Source: a virus. From it: a stretch of 64,000 nucleotides of DNA. The notes under the pieces were generated by a model. It did no database searches and was not told the DNA's origin. It saw nothing but the letters and a program-made list of their open reading frames with translations. Shown here one piece after another: positions 20,281-29,539 of this stretch. The translations under genes and the position numbers were made by a program. The stretch lies in the IMG/VR virus record IMGVR_UViG_3300045988_173642, positions 35,986 through 99,985 of that record; one strand, written 5' to 3'. The stretch's first letter is position 1; the number at the start of each line of letters is the position of its first letter.

Positions 20281-20886
20281 TTAAAATGGAAGGTCGTCTT
20301 CGTTGAAGTTAGAACCAAAGGCATAGGCATCATTCTGTTCGGCCGACGGCACATAAGCCGTTGCTGCGCCTGCCGTCTGATAGTTGGGTTGCGGCGTGGT
20401 TGACGGCGCTGCCTGCTGTTGTGGCTGATAGAGCATAGCCAAACGTTTGTTCATTCGACTGCGAAAGGCTTTAAAGAGATGTGAGGTCTCATCCTGCACG
20501 TTCTGCGTGACGATACCTGGATCGCGATCTTTGTTCTGCTGCTTCACCTGCTCAACGAGACCGGGAGCCTTGGCAGCAATGTACTTGACATAGTCCGTTG
20601 AATAAGACATCTGCACTTCGTGTGTCGGCACATTCACGTTTGCATCGCCGCGTTCCTGCGCCGAGCAGCGGACGGCCTTCTTATAGTTTTCGTTGAGTGG
20701 CCAGATGTTCACACGTAATCCTGCAATCTGTTTGCTGGGGTCGTTTCGCGAAACAGTCAGTTTGATTTCGTTGAAGTCTACAGGAATACAGACATACGCA
20801 CGTTGTGGATTCTTCTGATCTACTCCTGTCATAACCTGTGCACCATTCAAGGCCAACAGGTCAATACTGCCATTGTAACTTGCCAT
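20281..20886 (-). CDS. putative ssDNA-binding protein (non-canonical body with an SSB-type acidic C-terminal tip)
   Basis: 201 aa with a Q/P-rich linker (YQPQQQAAPSTTPQPNYQ) and a terminal NEDDLPF, matching the canonical SSB tail D-D-D-I-P-F. It sits between the clamp and primase-helicase genes. Confidence 0.55.
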   Translation of the reverse strand: MASYNGSIDLLALNGAQVMTGVDQKNPQRAYVCIPVDFNEIKLTVSRNDPSKQIAGLRVNIWPLNENYKKAVRCSAQERGDANVNVPTHEVQMSYSTDYVKYIAAKAPGLVEQVKQQNKDRDPGIVTQNVQDETSHLFKAFRSRMNKRLAMLYQPQQQAAPSTTPQPNYQTAGAATAYVPSAEQNDAYAFGSNFNEDDLPF

Positions 20887-20934
20887 GATTTGTTTGTTTT
20901 TTATTTATTGTTGATGAATGATTATTTGTCGGTT

Positions 20935-21168
20935 TTAATAGAGCCTACCGCGAGGGTCACTCATGTCGTCCATCGTCTTTACGCGAAACCATTTCTTTGG
21001 TCGGTTTTTCTTCTTATAGACCGCTCCAAGACTGATATAGTGAGCGCAGGCGAGATGGAAAGGCGAAATACTGCCGCCGAACAACGGCGAACTTTTCTCA
21101 CGACAACTGTTTTTGATTTGGTCGTATGAGATGCAGTTTTCGCATCTTGGGGGGGTATATGTTCGCAT
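20935..21168 (-). CDS. small Cys-containing hypothetical protein
   Basis: 77-aa ORF that fills the gap between the primase-helicase and SSB-like genes; contains PRCENCISYDQIKNSC. Confidence 0.4.
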   Translation of the reverse strand: MRTYTPPRCENCISYDQIKNSCREKSSPLFGGSISPFHLACAHYISLGAVYKKKNRPKKWFRVKTMDDMSDPRGRLY

Positions 21169-21210
21169 CGTTTTTTTGTTTAAAAATTCTTTCTATAGGT
21201 TTTAGGTGCA

Positions 21211-24200
21211 TCAAAACGGCAAGTCCTCTTCTTTGATTTCCGGCAAGGTTGGCGCCGTTGTGGACGTTGCTGCAGGCATGACCACTCGCCTACCCTGCCT
21301 TCTCATCTTATTGTTTTCCCAACGTTCTTTTTCTTCGTCGGTGAGCGTAACGATTTTGCCATCATCATCGCGGTATGGCAGAGGGTCTGGCTGCTCGGCG
21401 TATTGCTTGGCAATACGTTTCAAATCGCGATAGTTCTTCGGTATAACATCCTTCCCTGGACGATAAAAGAAGAATACGTGCTTAGAAGTTTGAAGATAGC
21501 GAATGAACTTCGGTTCGATGGTGTTGTCATTCTCCCACTCGCGGCCGGTGAAATACTCCTGCGTCACCCAGGCCTGCAATTTAAAGCACTTGCGCTGTTT
21601 GTCGCTCTCATTCTCAAAGAGCTGTTTAGGATTGCACGTGATCGACATATTCTCGCAATAGTCGTATATCTTCTTCTTGAACGTGGCTCGGCTGTATTCC
21701 TTCGACTTGCCTTCAGAGGCATCCGCCCAATCGCGCATAAACTCGTTGAACATATCGTCGGTACATATCGGCACTCCATAAACCTCATTGCGAGAAAAGA
21801 ACCACTCGAAGTAGCGAACGATGCTCTCGGTGAGTTTCTGAACCATTTGACGGCGACGCACGTTGCCTTGCGGTGCGATGGCAAAAGTGTGGTAGCGCAT
21901 CAGGAACTGAACGGCCAAGGCACAGAGATAGATGGTCTGATTGCGGTCGGTGTCGGTGAGCTTTTCGGGATTAGGGTCGAAATGCTTCATAAGTTCGGCC
22001 GGCGAACGTTCTGGCTGTCGCTTCTGCTGATTCTCTCGCGAAAAACGGTCAGAGAAACTGACCAAAGGGAAACGGCCGATAGTTGACGGATCATCGTCGC
22101 TCAGCGGACTATTACTCGTTATGACATGAATGGGGGAATCTTCCATCTTCAATCCGACGGGGTCGCCAAACTTCTTCTCAACCTTGGTGCCTTGCGTCAC
22201 CTTGTTATAAAAGTATTTCATGGGAAAACTCTTTTGTTTGTCTTCCCAATGAACAACGCGATATTTCCCTGGATATACGATTAAATCCGTGAGGGCAAAC
22301 TTGGCATCGGTTATCACCATGAAGTCTTTCATGTCGACGGGCAACACATTAACAGCCGAGCCAACAACCGTGTTCACTAATACCGATTTGCCGGAACCGC
22401 CTGCCGCCTGTTTCTCGTCGGCAATATTGTCCTCCAAGAGGTAAGGCGCGACATTCTTCATACCTTCCCAAGAACGGAAGCACAAACGGCCGATACATGA
22501 GAGCATATTGGCGAAGTGAGCATTCATCACGGCCGTCTCGTCTTCGGTGAGCGGTTGTTTGTTGCGCTGCGCTTCTTTCTCCCGTTCCCAAAGTGTATTG
22601 GAAAAACCACGCACAATGCGGAGAATCGGCCACAAGTCTTGCTCACGTTGCCCTTGCCAGTCAACGAACCAGCGATAAGTCTGTGCCCATTCCATGAGTT
22701 CGCCACGCAGTTTCTTTATCTCGTCGTAGGTGAATACGGAAGAGCCATCCTCGTTCTTCATGGCCTCTTTCTTGTTTATCGCTTCCAGGCGGTCGCGGTA
22801 TTCCTGACGCTCGGTAATGACAAACGGAGTTTTAAACACACGCATCGTGAAATCATACGGCTTTCGTGCGAGTGAAGGAATGAAGAAACTGATGTCGTTG
22901 TATGACACCGGACGGATGTTGTCTGGCGTAATCCTTAGCGCCACATTGCGGAAATAGAAATATTCCGTCTTGGCATTAAAGGCGTCAGCGAAGTTGATGA
23001 CCATGCTCTGCAATCCGCCTGCCGACTTCTCCGTGAAAGTTTTGTCAACCATATTGGCGCAATCAGACATCAAGCGCTGCTCGGTGTCATTATGTCGCCA
23101 GCTCTGTTCAATATATTCAAGCAACAAAATTTTGGCTGCCTGGATAATGCTCTTTGCATCAATATACTCAACGAAGCAACGGTCAAGGTGGATGTATTGT
23201 CCCACGAGGTCAGTGCTCTCAGTGTCAATCATGCGATAATATCCGTGCGCAGTCATGAAGAGCCAAAGGCGCGTTGGCGACACTTTGCAGGTTGGCGGTT
23301 TAGGCTTTCCGCTACGAGGGTCACGGGGGTATTCAATTTCAAATGGCTCCGTGTTTCTCGCTCCGCGCAATCGGGAGTAGAGCGGCAAGCGCAAGTCGTG
23401 GTCAAACTGAAAGTTATCTTCATCGGTCATATTGTATGACAAGAGATAGTCACGCACACTTCTCGGTGAACACCCAAAGAGCCATTTCCATCGCTGGTTA
23501 TAACGCGAGCGGAACTGCTCCGGCAACATGGCATAGTGAATGGCGCTGAATTTGGTAGCTATTGCACCGCAGTCGCGCTGCGAAGCGATGTCGTTGGGAT
23601 AGAGGATGATGACACGTTCGGCAAAACAATTCATCTTCTGATATTGCACGGCGCTGAAATCCAGTTTTTCTTGTTTCCATTCTCCCCGTTCGATGTACCA
23701 GAAGTTTCTTCGCCCGATGGAGAACGCCACGTGATACCAACAATAATCTGCAAAATGCTGGTCGCCATCCTGCTTATCAAGTCGGAGCGAACGCATGGCG
23801 TAATACACGCTCAAGGCATCTTCGGGGGTGCGGCAGAAAACGATGTTGCGAGCTTTGATTTCATTGGTCGGTATCTTCACGTCAATTCTCTTGAACGTGC
23901 CTTTCGGCTCTCCGTCCTTCGTTTCGTTTTCTTCCCATTCTTCACGGGTCTCGGTGTATTTCTCCTCCGGCTCTATCTGATTGATGGCGGCATGGACGGC
24001 GGTGTTGTCGCTCTTGCGGTGGTCCATCGCATAAACAAAAACGTTGTCGCCCATGAGCCATTTGCTCACCTTCCGCACGCTATGCTCCTCGGCGGTGGAG
24101 AACACAATCGGTTCGCTGCCCCCCATTGCAGGACGGAAGAAACATCCGTATGAGTTTTGCGGGCCAAATTCTTGAGAGGCGAAACAGACGAAGAGCGGAT

Positions 24201-24885
24201 TCCACGGCGTGCCGTGGATGATTTCGCTGACATGCTGACCATTTCGGATAACGTCTGGCAGTGTGACGCTCAGCAGGGAATAGATGCGAAAGTCTTTGTT
24301 GAGCAAATCTGGTGTGAACGTCCGACCGAAACCGAAACGTGGAAGACCTTTTTCTAACGTCACCTCACATCCAAGCGCCGCCAGTTCTTGCGGAGAGAAA
24401 TCCATTTTCGGCATAAACGAGAATGTCTCAATGGTCTGCTGCGCAACGGTGCGGTAATCCATGTTGCCGAATACTTCTGGGAATGCAGCTCGCGTTTCTT
24501 CCGTGTCGCCGTAGCATTTCAACACCAATGCCTTGCAGATTCTTAGTAAACTTTGCCCGTGCATCAGAAGGTGATGGACGGCGGCATACAGTTCAATGGC
24601 ACCATAACCTTTTTTCCCAGTCTTTGTACACATCCACTTCACGGCGCCATGTTGCGCCAGACTGTCACCTTCAACCCCCACTCCATCGTACAAACCGCCA
24701 CGTTCATTATTATATATGATGAAATGTGGTGTACGCGCCGATCTGCCGTCTGCAGCAGCTTCGTCTTTCTCACAAAAGGGACAGAAACAGGCTGTCTGCC
24801 CTTCGACGCGCTGCTCGTCAGAAGGCCGCACCAATAATGCCAAGTCGATGTTGGCAAGCTGGTTGAGTATCGGGTGATATATCAT
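21211..24885 (-). CDS. primase-helicase (D5/P4-type NTPase fused to an N-terminal primase-like region)
   Basis: 1224 aa. N-terminal Cys cluster CFCPFCEKDE; Walker A AAGGSGKSVLVN and Walker B-like YRVVHWEDK in the C-terminal third. It ends with an SSB-like tip, EIKEEDLPF. Confidence 0.72.
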   Translation of the reverse strand: MIYHPILNQLANIDLALLVRPSDEQRVEGQTACFCPFCEKDEAAADGRSARTPHFIIYNNERGGLYDGVGVEGDSLAQHGAVKWMCTKTGKKGYGAIELYAAVHHLLMHGQSLLRICKALVLKCYGDTEETRAAFPEVFGNMDYRTVAQQTIETFSFMPKMDFSPQELAALGCEVTLEKGLPRFGFGRTFTPDLLNKDFRIYSLLSVTLPDVIRNGQHVSEIIHGTPWNPLFVCFASQEFGPQNSYGCFFRPAMGGSEPIVFSTAEEHSVRKVSKWLMGDNVFVYAMDHRKSDNTAVHAAINQIEPEEKYTETREEWEENETKDGEPKGTFKRIDVKIPTNEIKARNIVFCRTPEDALSVYYAMRSLRLDKQDGDQHFADYCWYHVAFSIGRRNFWYIERGEWKQEKLDFSAVQYQKMNCFAERVIILYPNDIASQRDCGAIATKFSAIHYAMLPEQFRSRYNQRWKWLFGCSPRSVRDYLLSYNMTDEDNFQFDHDLRLPLYSRLRGARNTEPFEIEYPRDPRSGKPKPPTCKVSPTRLWLFMTAHGYYRMIDTESTDLVGQYIHLDRCFVEYIDAKSIIQAAKILLLEYIEQSWRHNDTEQRLMSDCANMVDKTFTEKSAGGLQSMVINFADAFNAKTEYFYFRNVALRITPDNIRPVSYNDISFFIPSLARKPYDFTMRVFKTPFVITERQEYRDRLEAINKKEAMKNEDGSSVFTYDEIKKLRGELMEWAQTYRWFVDWQGQREQDLWPILRIVRGFSNTLWEREKEAQRNKQPLTEDETAVMNAHFANMLSCIGRLCFRSWEGMKNVAPYLLEDNIADEKQAAGGSGKSVLVNTVVGSAVNVLPVDMKDFMVITDAKFALTDLIVYPGKYRVVHWEDKQKSFPMKYFYNKVTQGTKVEKKFGDPVGLKMEDSPIHVITSNSPLSDDDPSTIGRFPLVSFSDRFSRENQQKRQPERSPAELMKHFDPNPEKLTDTDRNQTIYLCALAVQFLMRYHTFAIAPQGNVRRRQMVQKLTESIVRYFEWFFSRNEVYGVPICTDDMFNEFMRDWADASEGKSKEYSRATFKKKIYDYCENMSITCNPKQLFENESDKQRKCFKLQAWVTQEYFTGREWENDNTIEPKFIRYLQTSKHVFFFYRPGKDVIPKNYRDLKRIAKQYAEQPDPLPYRDDDGKIVTLTDEEKERWENNKMRRQGRRVVMPAATSTTAPTLPEIKEEDLPF

Positions 24886-24901
24886 AATTAAATTTGAGAA
24901 T

Positions 24902-25348
24902 CTACAAGTTCACGAATGTTTCCAATTTATAATGCCTAATGGAACAGTTGCATACGTTCTTCATACGTGTAATGAGCAACGAAGTGAAATCTTTCAACGA
25001 GATGAATTGTTCGTCTAAACCATGAATTTGAATCATGGTGCGCCAATAACATTTCCCGTTGCACCAACGGCATGAATGTTCTCGGTCAATCACTAAATCT
25101 TCAACCTTTCCGTTCATCATATTAAAGACATACAAACAAACATCGCGCAGCAAGTCAAACGGAGCGCCATAAAACAGCAATGTCGGGATATTGTCTTTCT
25201 CGCCGCGTAGGTCTTCTGAATAAGCAATGCGGTGCAGATACGAATAAGGCGTGGGACGGCCCATTTTCTTTTTGTTGCTTCGGTTTGGAACGTATGGAAC
25301 AGACAAATAACTTCTTTCCATCTTATTCCATCGATTTCTCGTTAACAC
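24902..25348 (-). CDS. hypothetical protein
   Basis: 148-aa ORF. The annotated start overlaps the exonuclease gene by 26 nt; Met10 (MERSY, about 25321) would remove almost all of that overlap (3 nt remain, spanning the exonuclease stop codon). Confidence 0.55.
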   Translation of the reverse strand: MLTRNRWNKMERSYLSVPYVPNRSNKKKMGRPTPYSYLHRIAYSEDLRGEKDNIPTLLFYGAPFDLLRDVCLYVFNMMNGKVEDLVIDREHSCRWCNGKCYWRTMIQIHGLDEQFISLKDFTSLLITRMKNVCNCSIRHYKLETFVNL

Positions 25349-25991
25349 ATTGCTTCAACTGCTTCATCATCTGCCACGTAGAATAGATGCTCCGCTTACA
25401 ATCATAAAGCGGAGAATGAACGATGTTTTCTCCGTCGTCGAAATCCTCTGCAAAATCGCTATATCTGATTTCATCGCGACCGCCACGACTTAAAAGCCGA
25501 GCCCCTTCCAAGAAGAAAGTTCGATGGTCGCGAAATTTGGTGTAGCGAACGGGAATTTGCTTATTATATCGATGGCAGATGTGGCGCAAGATGGCTATGT
25601 CGAAATCTGTGCCCTGCGACCATAAATATAGATTGTCTGCCGACAAATCTTCAGACAGCCCCTTAATCCAGGCAAAGAAATGCTCCAGTACGCCTTCAAT
25701 GGAAAGCAAGGGCGTGGCATCATCGTCACTAAGAAGTTCTTGCTTGGCCTTAGCGTCTTTCTCCTTCCACCAAATTGAAGTGGAAGCATCAAACGTGAAG
25801 CCATCCAAAAACTGCGAGCGCAAATCAACGTGCTTGTAAAACTGGCAAATGGTTTTCATGCCATTGCCTTCGCCGAAGAACGGCGTATTCTCAAAGTCGC
25901 GCCCCCAAGCAACTGCACCAATACTCATCACGGCGGCCGTTGGGCAAAGCGCACAAGTCTCGAGATCAAAAGTTATATCCAAAATATCCAT
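25323..25991 (-). CDS. DEDD-family 3'-5' exonuclease
   Basis: Exo I ITFDLETCAL, Exo II LWSQGTDFDIAIL, Exo III HSPLYDCKRS (DEDDh pattern). Confidence 0.82.
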   Translation of the reverse strand: MDILDITFDLETCALCPTAAVMSIGAVAWGRDFENTPFFGEGNGMKTICQFYKHVDLRSQFLDGFTFDASTSIWWKEKDAKAKQELLSDDDATPLLSIEGVLEHFFAWIKGLSEDLSADNLYLWSQGTDFDIAILRHICHRYNKQIPVRYTKFRDHRTFFLEGARLLSRGGRDEIRYSDFAEDFDDGENIVHSPLYDCKRSIYSTWQMMKQLKQCVNEKSME

Positions 25992-26017
25992 ATTGCGAAT
26001 GTCTTTTTTGAGACTAA

Positions 26018-26560
26018 TTATTCGTTATTATCATTCCCTGCGGTAAATTCATCAAGAATGGCGCGTACTCCTTTCAGTTCCCACAATTTCCAAGAGTTTT
26101 CGGCAAAACGGGTACGCACAGTCACCTGTGACTTCATGCCACGTGCGGCCATGAACTCACACAACTTGATACCGATTTTCAAGTCAGTGACCATCCGGTA
26201 AAAATCTCGGCGGTCATATTCCCCGTCCTGCCTCAGCACATAGCCATAGCCGCGAGAGCCTTCTTCGCCCTCACCATTGTGGTCGGTTCCGCATTGTTCA
26301 GTTAGAAAAAATTCATACTGAACCTTTGATATTCCCTCTATTTCCCATTCGTCGAAACCTTTCTCAAACAATCGACGATAGCAGGTACTCTGACAGAGTT
26401 CATAACGATCAAAGAGTTCATACAATCGAATTTTTTCGGCAGGAGTAAGGTCTTTTACGCTTAATATGCCGCCACCTTTGACTTTTTCTATAACATCCTT
26501 GGTCATTCCGATTATAATTTCTAAATTTATCACCGCAAAGATACAAAGAAACTTTGTCAA
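26018..26560 (-). CDS. hypothetical protein (likely true start ATG at 26506)
   Basis: The ORF opens with a TTG at 26560, but a minus-strand TATCTTTG promoter box lies at 26536-26543, inside that extension. That favours MTKDVIEK at 26506. Confidence 0.6.
   Translation of the reverse strand: MTKFLCIFAVINLEIIIGMTKDVIEKVKGGGILSVKDLTPAEKIRLYELFDRYELCQSTCYRRLFEKGFDEWEIEGISKVQYEFFLTEQCGTDHNGEGEEGSRGYGYVLRQDGEYDRRDFYRMVTDLKIGIKLCEFMAARGMKSQVTVRTRFAENSWKLWELKGVRAILDEFTAGNDNNE
26536..26543 (-). promoter_or_regulatory. Bacteroidota -7 box (TATCTTTG on the minus strand)
   Basis: Plus strand reads caaagata, with a CAAA (-33 TTTG) 18 nt further upstream at 26562-26565. The ATG at 26506 lies downstream. 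Confidence 0.5.
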
Positions 26561-26608
26561 TCAAAGACTATTTCAAATTTTAACACTATTCAATACGGAT
26601 ATTCAAAG

Positions 26609-27274
26609 TTGGATAATACAATAACTAAAATTAAAAACATAATGAATATACACAATTTTGTTTACAATTACGGATTCTTGGCCGACTGGATAAAAGCTAA
26701 CCCTGATATTCTTCGTAAAGACCTTTTAGAAAGTTTAGAAATGTACGATTATGGCACACTCAACAAATGGATTGACGGAATAACCATGATGCCGCTGGCG
26801 CAGATGATGAAGTTCTGCAATGCTTGGAACGTACCAATCACGGCCTTCTTCTTTGATGAACAAGCAGACGAAAATGATGTGTGCGCCCCCATTACACCAG
26901 AATCCCAAATTGAACCAAACGGCGGTTGGCCTGACCCAAACAGAAAGAATGGTCCAAAGGTCTGCGACCCTCGAACGACAGTCCACCAAAATTCCAAACT
27001 TCCGAATTATGTAAGAACGGCCAAGACGAGAAGAAGTGCGAGTAATGATGCGCATACGACGGAAAATGAGACTGCTGCGAAAACTCAGACCGAAATACCA
27101 AGCATGGAGCGCATGCGCTATCTTGACATCATCGAAAAGCAAAACGAAAGGATGATGAATCTTGTGAACGAAATCAACGAATTACACCGTCAACTGCAGA
27201 AAAAATATTACGTGCATTACGAACAAGATACTTCCGTCCTCCCAATGGTTGCTGAAAACGACTCAATGGAATAA
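26609..27274 (+). CDS. putative HTH DNA-binding regulator
   Basis: 221 aa, divergent from the minus-strand operon. The N-terminal part (LLESLEMYDYGTLNKWIDGITMMPLAQMMKFCNAWNVPITAFFFDE) has an XRE-like helix-turn-helix layout. The first ATG is at 26642. Confidence 0.4.
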   Translation: MDNTITKIKNIMNIHNFVYNYGFLADWIKANPDILRKDLLESLEMYDYGTLNKWIDGITMMPLAQMMKFCNAWNVPITAFFFDEQADENDVCAPITPESQIEPNGGWPDPNRKNGPKVCDPRTTVHQNSKLPNYVRTAKTRRSASNDAHTTENETAAKTQTEIPSMERMRYLDIIEKQNERMMNLVNEINELHRQLQKKYYVHYEQDTSVLPMVAENDSME

Positions 27275-27285
27275 AACAACAAAAA

Positions 27286-27360
27286 GCGTCGCCGATCCTC
27301 ACGGACAGGCGACGCCACCTAATCTAAAAACCATGAAAACATGAGCCTACGCTTAGGCTC
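27286..27360. terminator. pair of hairpins between convergent genes
   Basis: First hairpin: gcgtcgcc-gatcctcacggaca-ggcgacgc (27286-27315), which has an inner GUGA-capped stem on the minus strand and is preceded by aaaaa. Second hairpin: gagccta-cgct-taggctc (27343-27360). Confidence 0.6.
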
Positions 27361-27383
27361 GATACAAAAAACAAATAATAACT

Positions 27384-27908
27384 TCAGCTTTCGTTCACCG
27401 CAGCTAAACGGCGGCGATAAAATTCTTTTTCTGTAATGGGCTGCATATCGGCATGCTGGCTCTCATAAGGCACTCTTACATACCAATATCCATGATGCCG
27501 GAACAAAACAGGGGTTTTGTCGCCAAACGTGAAAGGCGCTTTCATGCCGTTTCTGGTCACACTTGGCTGGAGGGATAAAATGGGCACAAGCTCCGTCTCG
27601 GCAACAATCGGAAGAGCATTTATTTCTTTTATCAATTCGGAGCCTGCCTCTGGCACAAATATTGCGCCGCCGTCTTGTATCTCAATACGATCCCACCCTT
27701 TCTTGTATAACACATGGTCAAATTCAACGGCCGCGACGCCTCCAGCCATGCCGACTGGCGATTCATAATAATGCTCTGCACCTTGACGCTTCACCCATGC
27801 CTTCGCCGCTTCTTCGGCTTCTTGGCATTTCTTTACAAATAGGGTCAATCGGATGCCAACTTCTGATTCTACTGCTGTTTTATACAGAAAATATTTTGCA
27901 TGTTTCAT
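27384..27908 (-). CDS. hypothetical protein
   Basis: 174-aa ORF; no motif recognised. Confidence 0.6.
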   Translation of the reverse strand: MKHAKYFLYKTAVESEVGIRLTLFVKKCQEAEEAAKAWVKRQGAEHYYESPVGMAGGVAAVEFDHVLYKKGWDRIEIQDGGAIFVPEAGSELIKEINALPIVAETELVPILSLQPSVTRNGMKAPFTFGDKTPVLFRHHGYWYVRVPYESQHADMQPITEKEFYRRRLAAVNES

Positions 27909-27920
27909 AAAATAGATATT

Positions 27921-28202
27921 TTATTTGATTTTTGCATAAATGACCGGCTCGCCACATTCATCGTCCACCATCTTAAAGCCGCGTGCTGCCAGTTCTTCTA
28001 AGTACAAGGCAAGAGGATCGCCCAAAGGACAGACAACGGCTTTGAAATACGTGCGCAACTGATAATCAGTGAACACGTCGCAATCTTCTGTCCAATGAGA
28101 GCATGGCGCATACTTGGCGCAAAACGCTTCAATCTTGGCATAGATAACGAAATCTTGCAAGGTCACTTGCGGCTGCTCATCCATCATTATTTCTTTCTTC
28201 AT
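27921..28202 (-). CDS. hypothetical protein
   Basis: 93-aa ORF, tightly packed with its neighbours. Confidence 0.55.
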   Translation of the reverse strand: MKKEIMMDEQPQVTLQDFVIYAKIEAFCAKYAPCSHWTEDCDVFTDYQLRTYFKAVVCPLGDPLALYLEELAARGFKMVDDECGEPVIYAKIK

Positions 28203-28206
28203 CTGA

Positions 28207-28878
28207 CTACTTTTTTATTTTCTTCTCAATAACCAAAACGAAACAAGCAACGACAACGAATAACGAGGCAGCCAATAATAGCATGCTTGTCAGCCGCATA
28301 CCTCCGAAACGTGTTTCCGGCGTGTTCCGTTGTTTGTCTGCGGCAATACTATCGTTTGCCTGTCGATGATTCAGCGTTGCCTGGTTCATCTGCAGCGCCA
28401 TGCTGTCTTCTAATGTGGACTGCGTTTGTGTGCGTGCATCCGTCGTTGAAGAATGCGTCTCGCTGCCCGTTTGTTGTTGATAATTACCGACGCGGTGTAT
28501 AACGCGTTCCGTCACTCTTATGTGCTGCCCGATACTGTCAGTATATTCTGTCACACGTTCTGTTATAATCTCTTCTTGCCTCGCACTTGCAGCGGAAGAA
28601 CTCATAGCGGTTTTATCAATAGAGACATCATGAGACAGACTGTCTCTTCCGTAGTTTTTCACACTTACTTCTTCCGCCTGCTCAATATGCAGACTGTCGT
28701 TACTGCTTCGTGTCACCCGCTCCATGCTCTGTCTCGAAGAACTGCAAGCTGACATCAGAACGAGACACAAGCAAAACATTAAACTGTTTTTCTTCATTTT
28801 CATTTTTAATGGTTGATGGTGCAAAGATAGGTTTTTGAGTTTGGGCCGTCCGGACATAAAAAAGGCATCGCGCTGCAC
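28207..28878 (-). CDS. lipoprotein with a C-terminal transmembrane anchor (u-spanin-like topology); likely start at 28803
   Basis: MKMKKNSLMFCLCLVLMSAC has a signal peptide plus lipobox, and the C-terminal LTSMLLLAASLFVVVACFVLVI is a TM helix. A promoter box at 28822-28829 lies inside the long ORF extension. Confidence 0.55.
   Translation of the reverse strand: MQRDAFFMSGRPKLKNLSLHHQPLKMKMKKNSLMFCLCLVLMSACSSSRQSMERVTRSSNDSLHIEQAEEVSVKNYGRDSLSHDVSIDKTAMSSSAASARQEEIITERVTEYTDSIGQHIRVTERVIHRVGNYQQQTGSETHSSTTDARTQTQSTLEDSMALQMNQATLNHRQANDSIAADKQRNTPETRFGGMRLTSMLLLAASLFVVVACFVLVIEKKIKK
28822..28829 (-). promoter_or_regulatory. Bacteroidota -7 box (TATCTTTG on the minus strand)
   Basis: Plus strand reads caaagata, 19 nt upstream of the ATG at 28803. 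Confidence 0.5.
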
Positions 28879-28927
28879 GTGGCGGCGCGATGCCTAATGA
28901 ATTGGAAATTTCGATTAGTTAGACTGA

Positions 28928-29530
28928 CTATTCTAATTGTACTGGAGGGCACGACGTGGCGACAGATTCAGAATTGGCCATGTCATTAAAGGTAATTAAA
29001 AGGGAGTATTCATCAACGGAGTCACGGGAAAATATCAAATCTATTTCGCCAATAGGCGAAAACCAAGAAGAAGGTAAGAGCCTATTTAAGAAACCAAACG
29101 AAAAACCTTTTTCGTAGACATTAAATAAGATTTCGCTAAAATCTCTTTTCTTCGTCGGTATTTTATCTATCGTGTAAATGGACTCATATTCCTTCAAAAA
29201 GTCGTTTACAAACGATTTACACTCCGAACCATTATAAATTTTCATCGTCAACATAACAGTGCATACCTTACGAGTTTTTCCGTTCCAACCCAAGAAAACA
29301 TTGGCGTTATAACCTCTAAAATTCCCCATAAAGAACACACCATCTTCATAATATCGTTTCGATAAAGAATTGTCAATGAAGCCTTTTTTCTTCAATTTAT
29401 CACAAAACGAATACGCATCCCCATCAATCGGAATACCCAGGAATGTGAGATGCGACTGCGACCGCGCAGACAAGCAAAGTATAACGGCCAAAAAGACCAA
29501 CGTGATAATTTTTTTCATTGGTTTAAACAT
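28928..29530 (-). CDS. secreted protein, paralog of 31676..32275
   Basis: Signal peptide MKKIITLVFLAVILCLSARSQS, then HLTFLGIPIDGDAYSFCDKLKKKGF. Compare AHMKFMGIPLTGHVDLFTQKLKAKGL in the paralog. Confidence 0.65.
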   Translation of the reverse strand: MFKPMKKIITLVFLAVILCLSARSQSHLTFLGIPIDGDAYSFCDKLKKKGFIDNSLSKRYYEDGVFFMGNFRGYNANVFLGWNGKTRKVCTVMLTMKIYNGSECKSFVNDFLKEYESIYTIDKIPTKKRDFSEILFNVYEKGFSFGFLNRLLPSSWFSPIGEIDLIFSRDSVDEYSLLITFNDMANSESVATSCPPVQLE

Positions 29531-29539
29531 TAAGTGATT

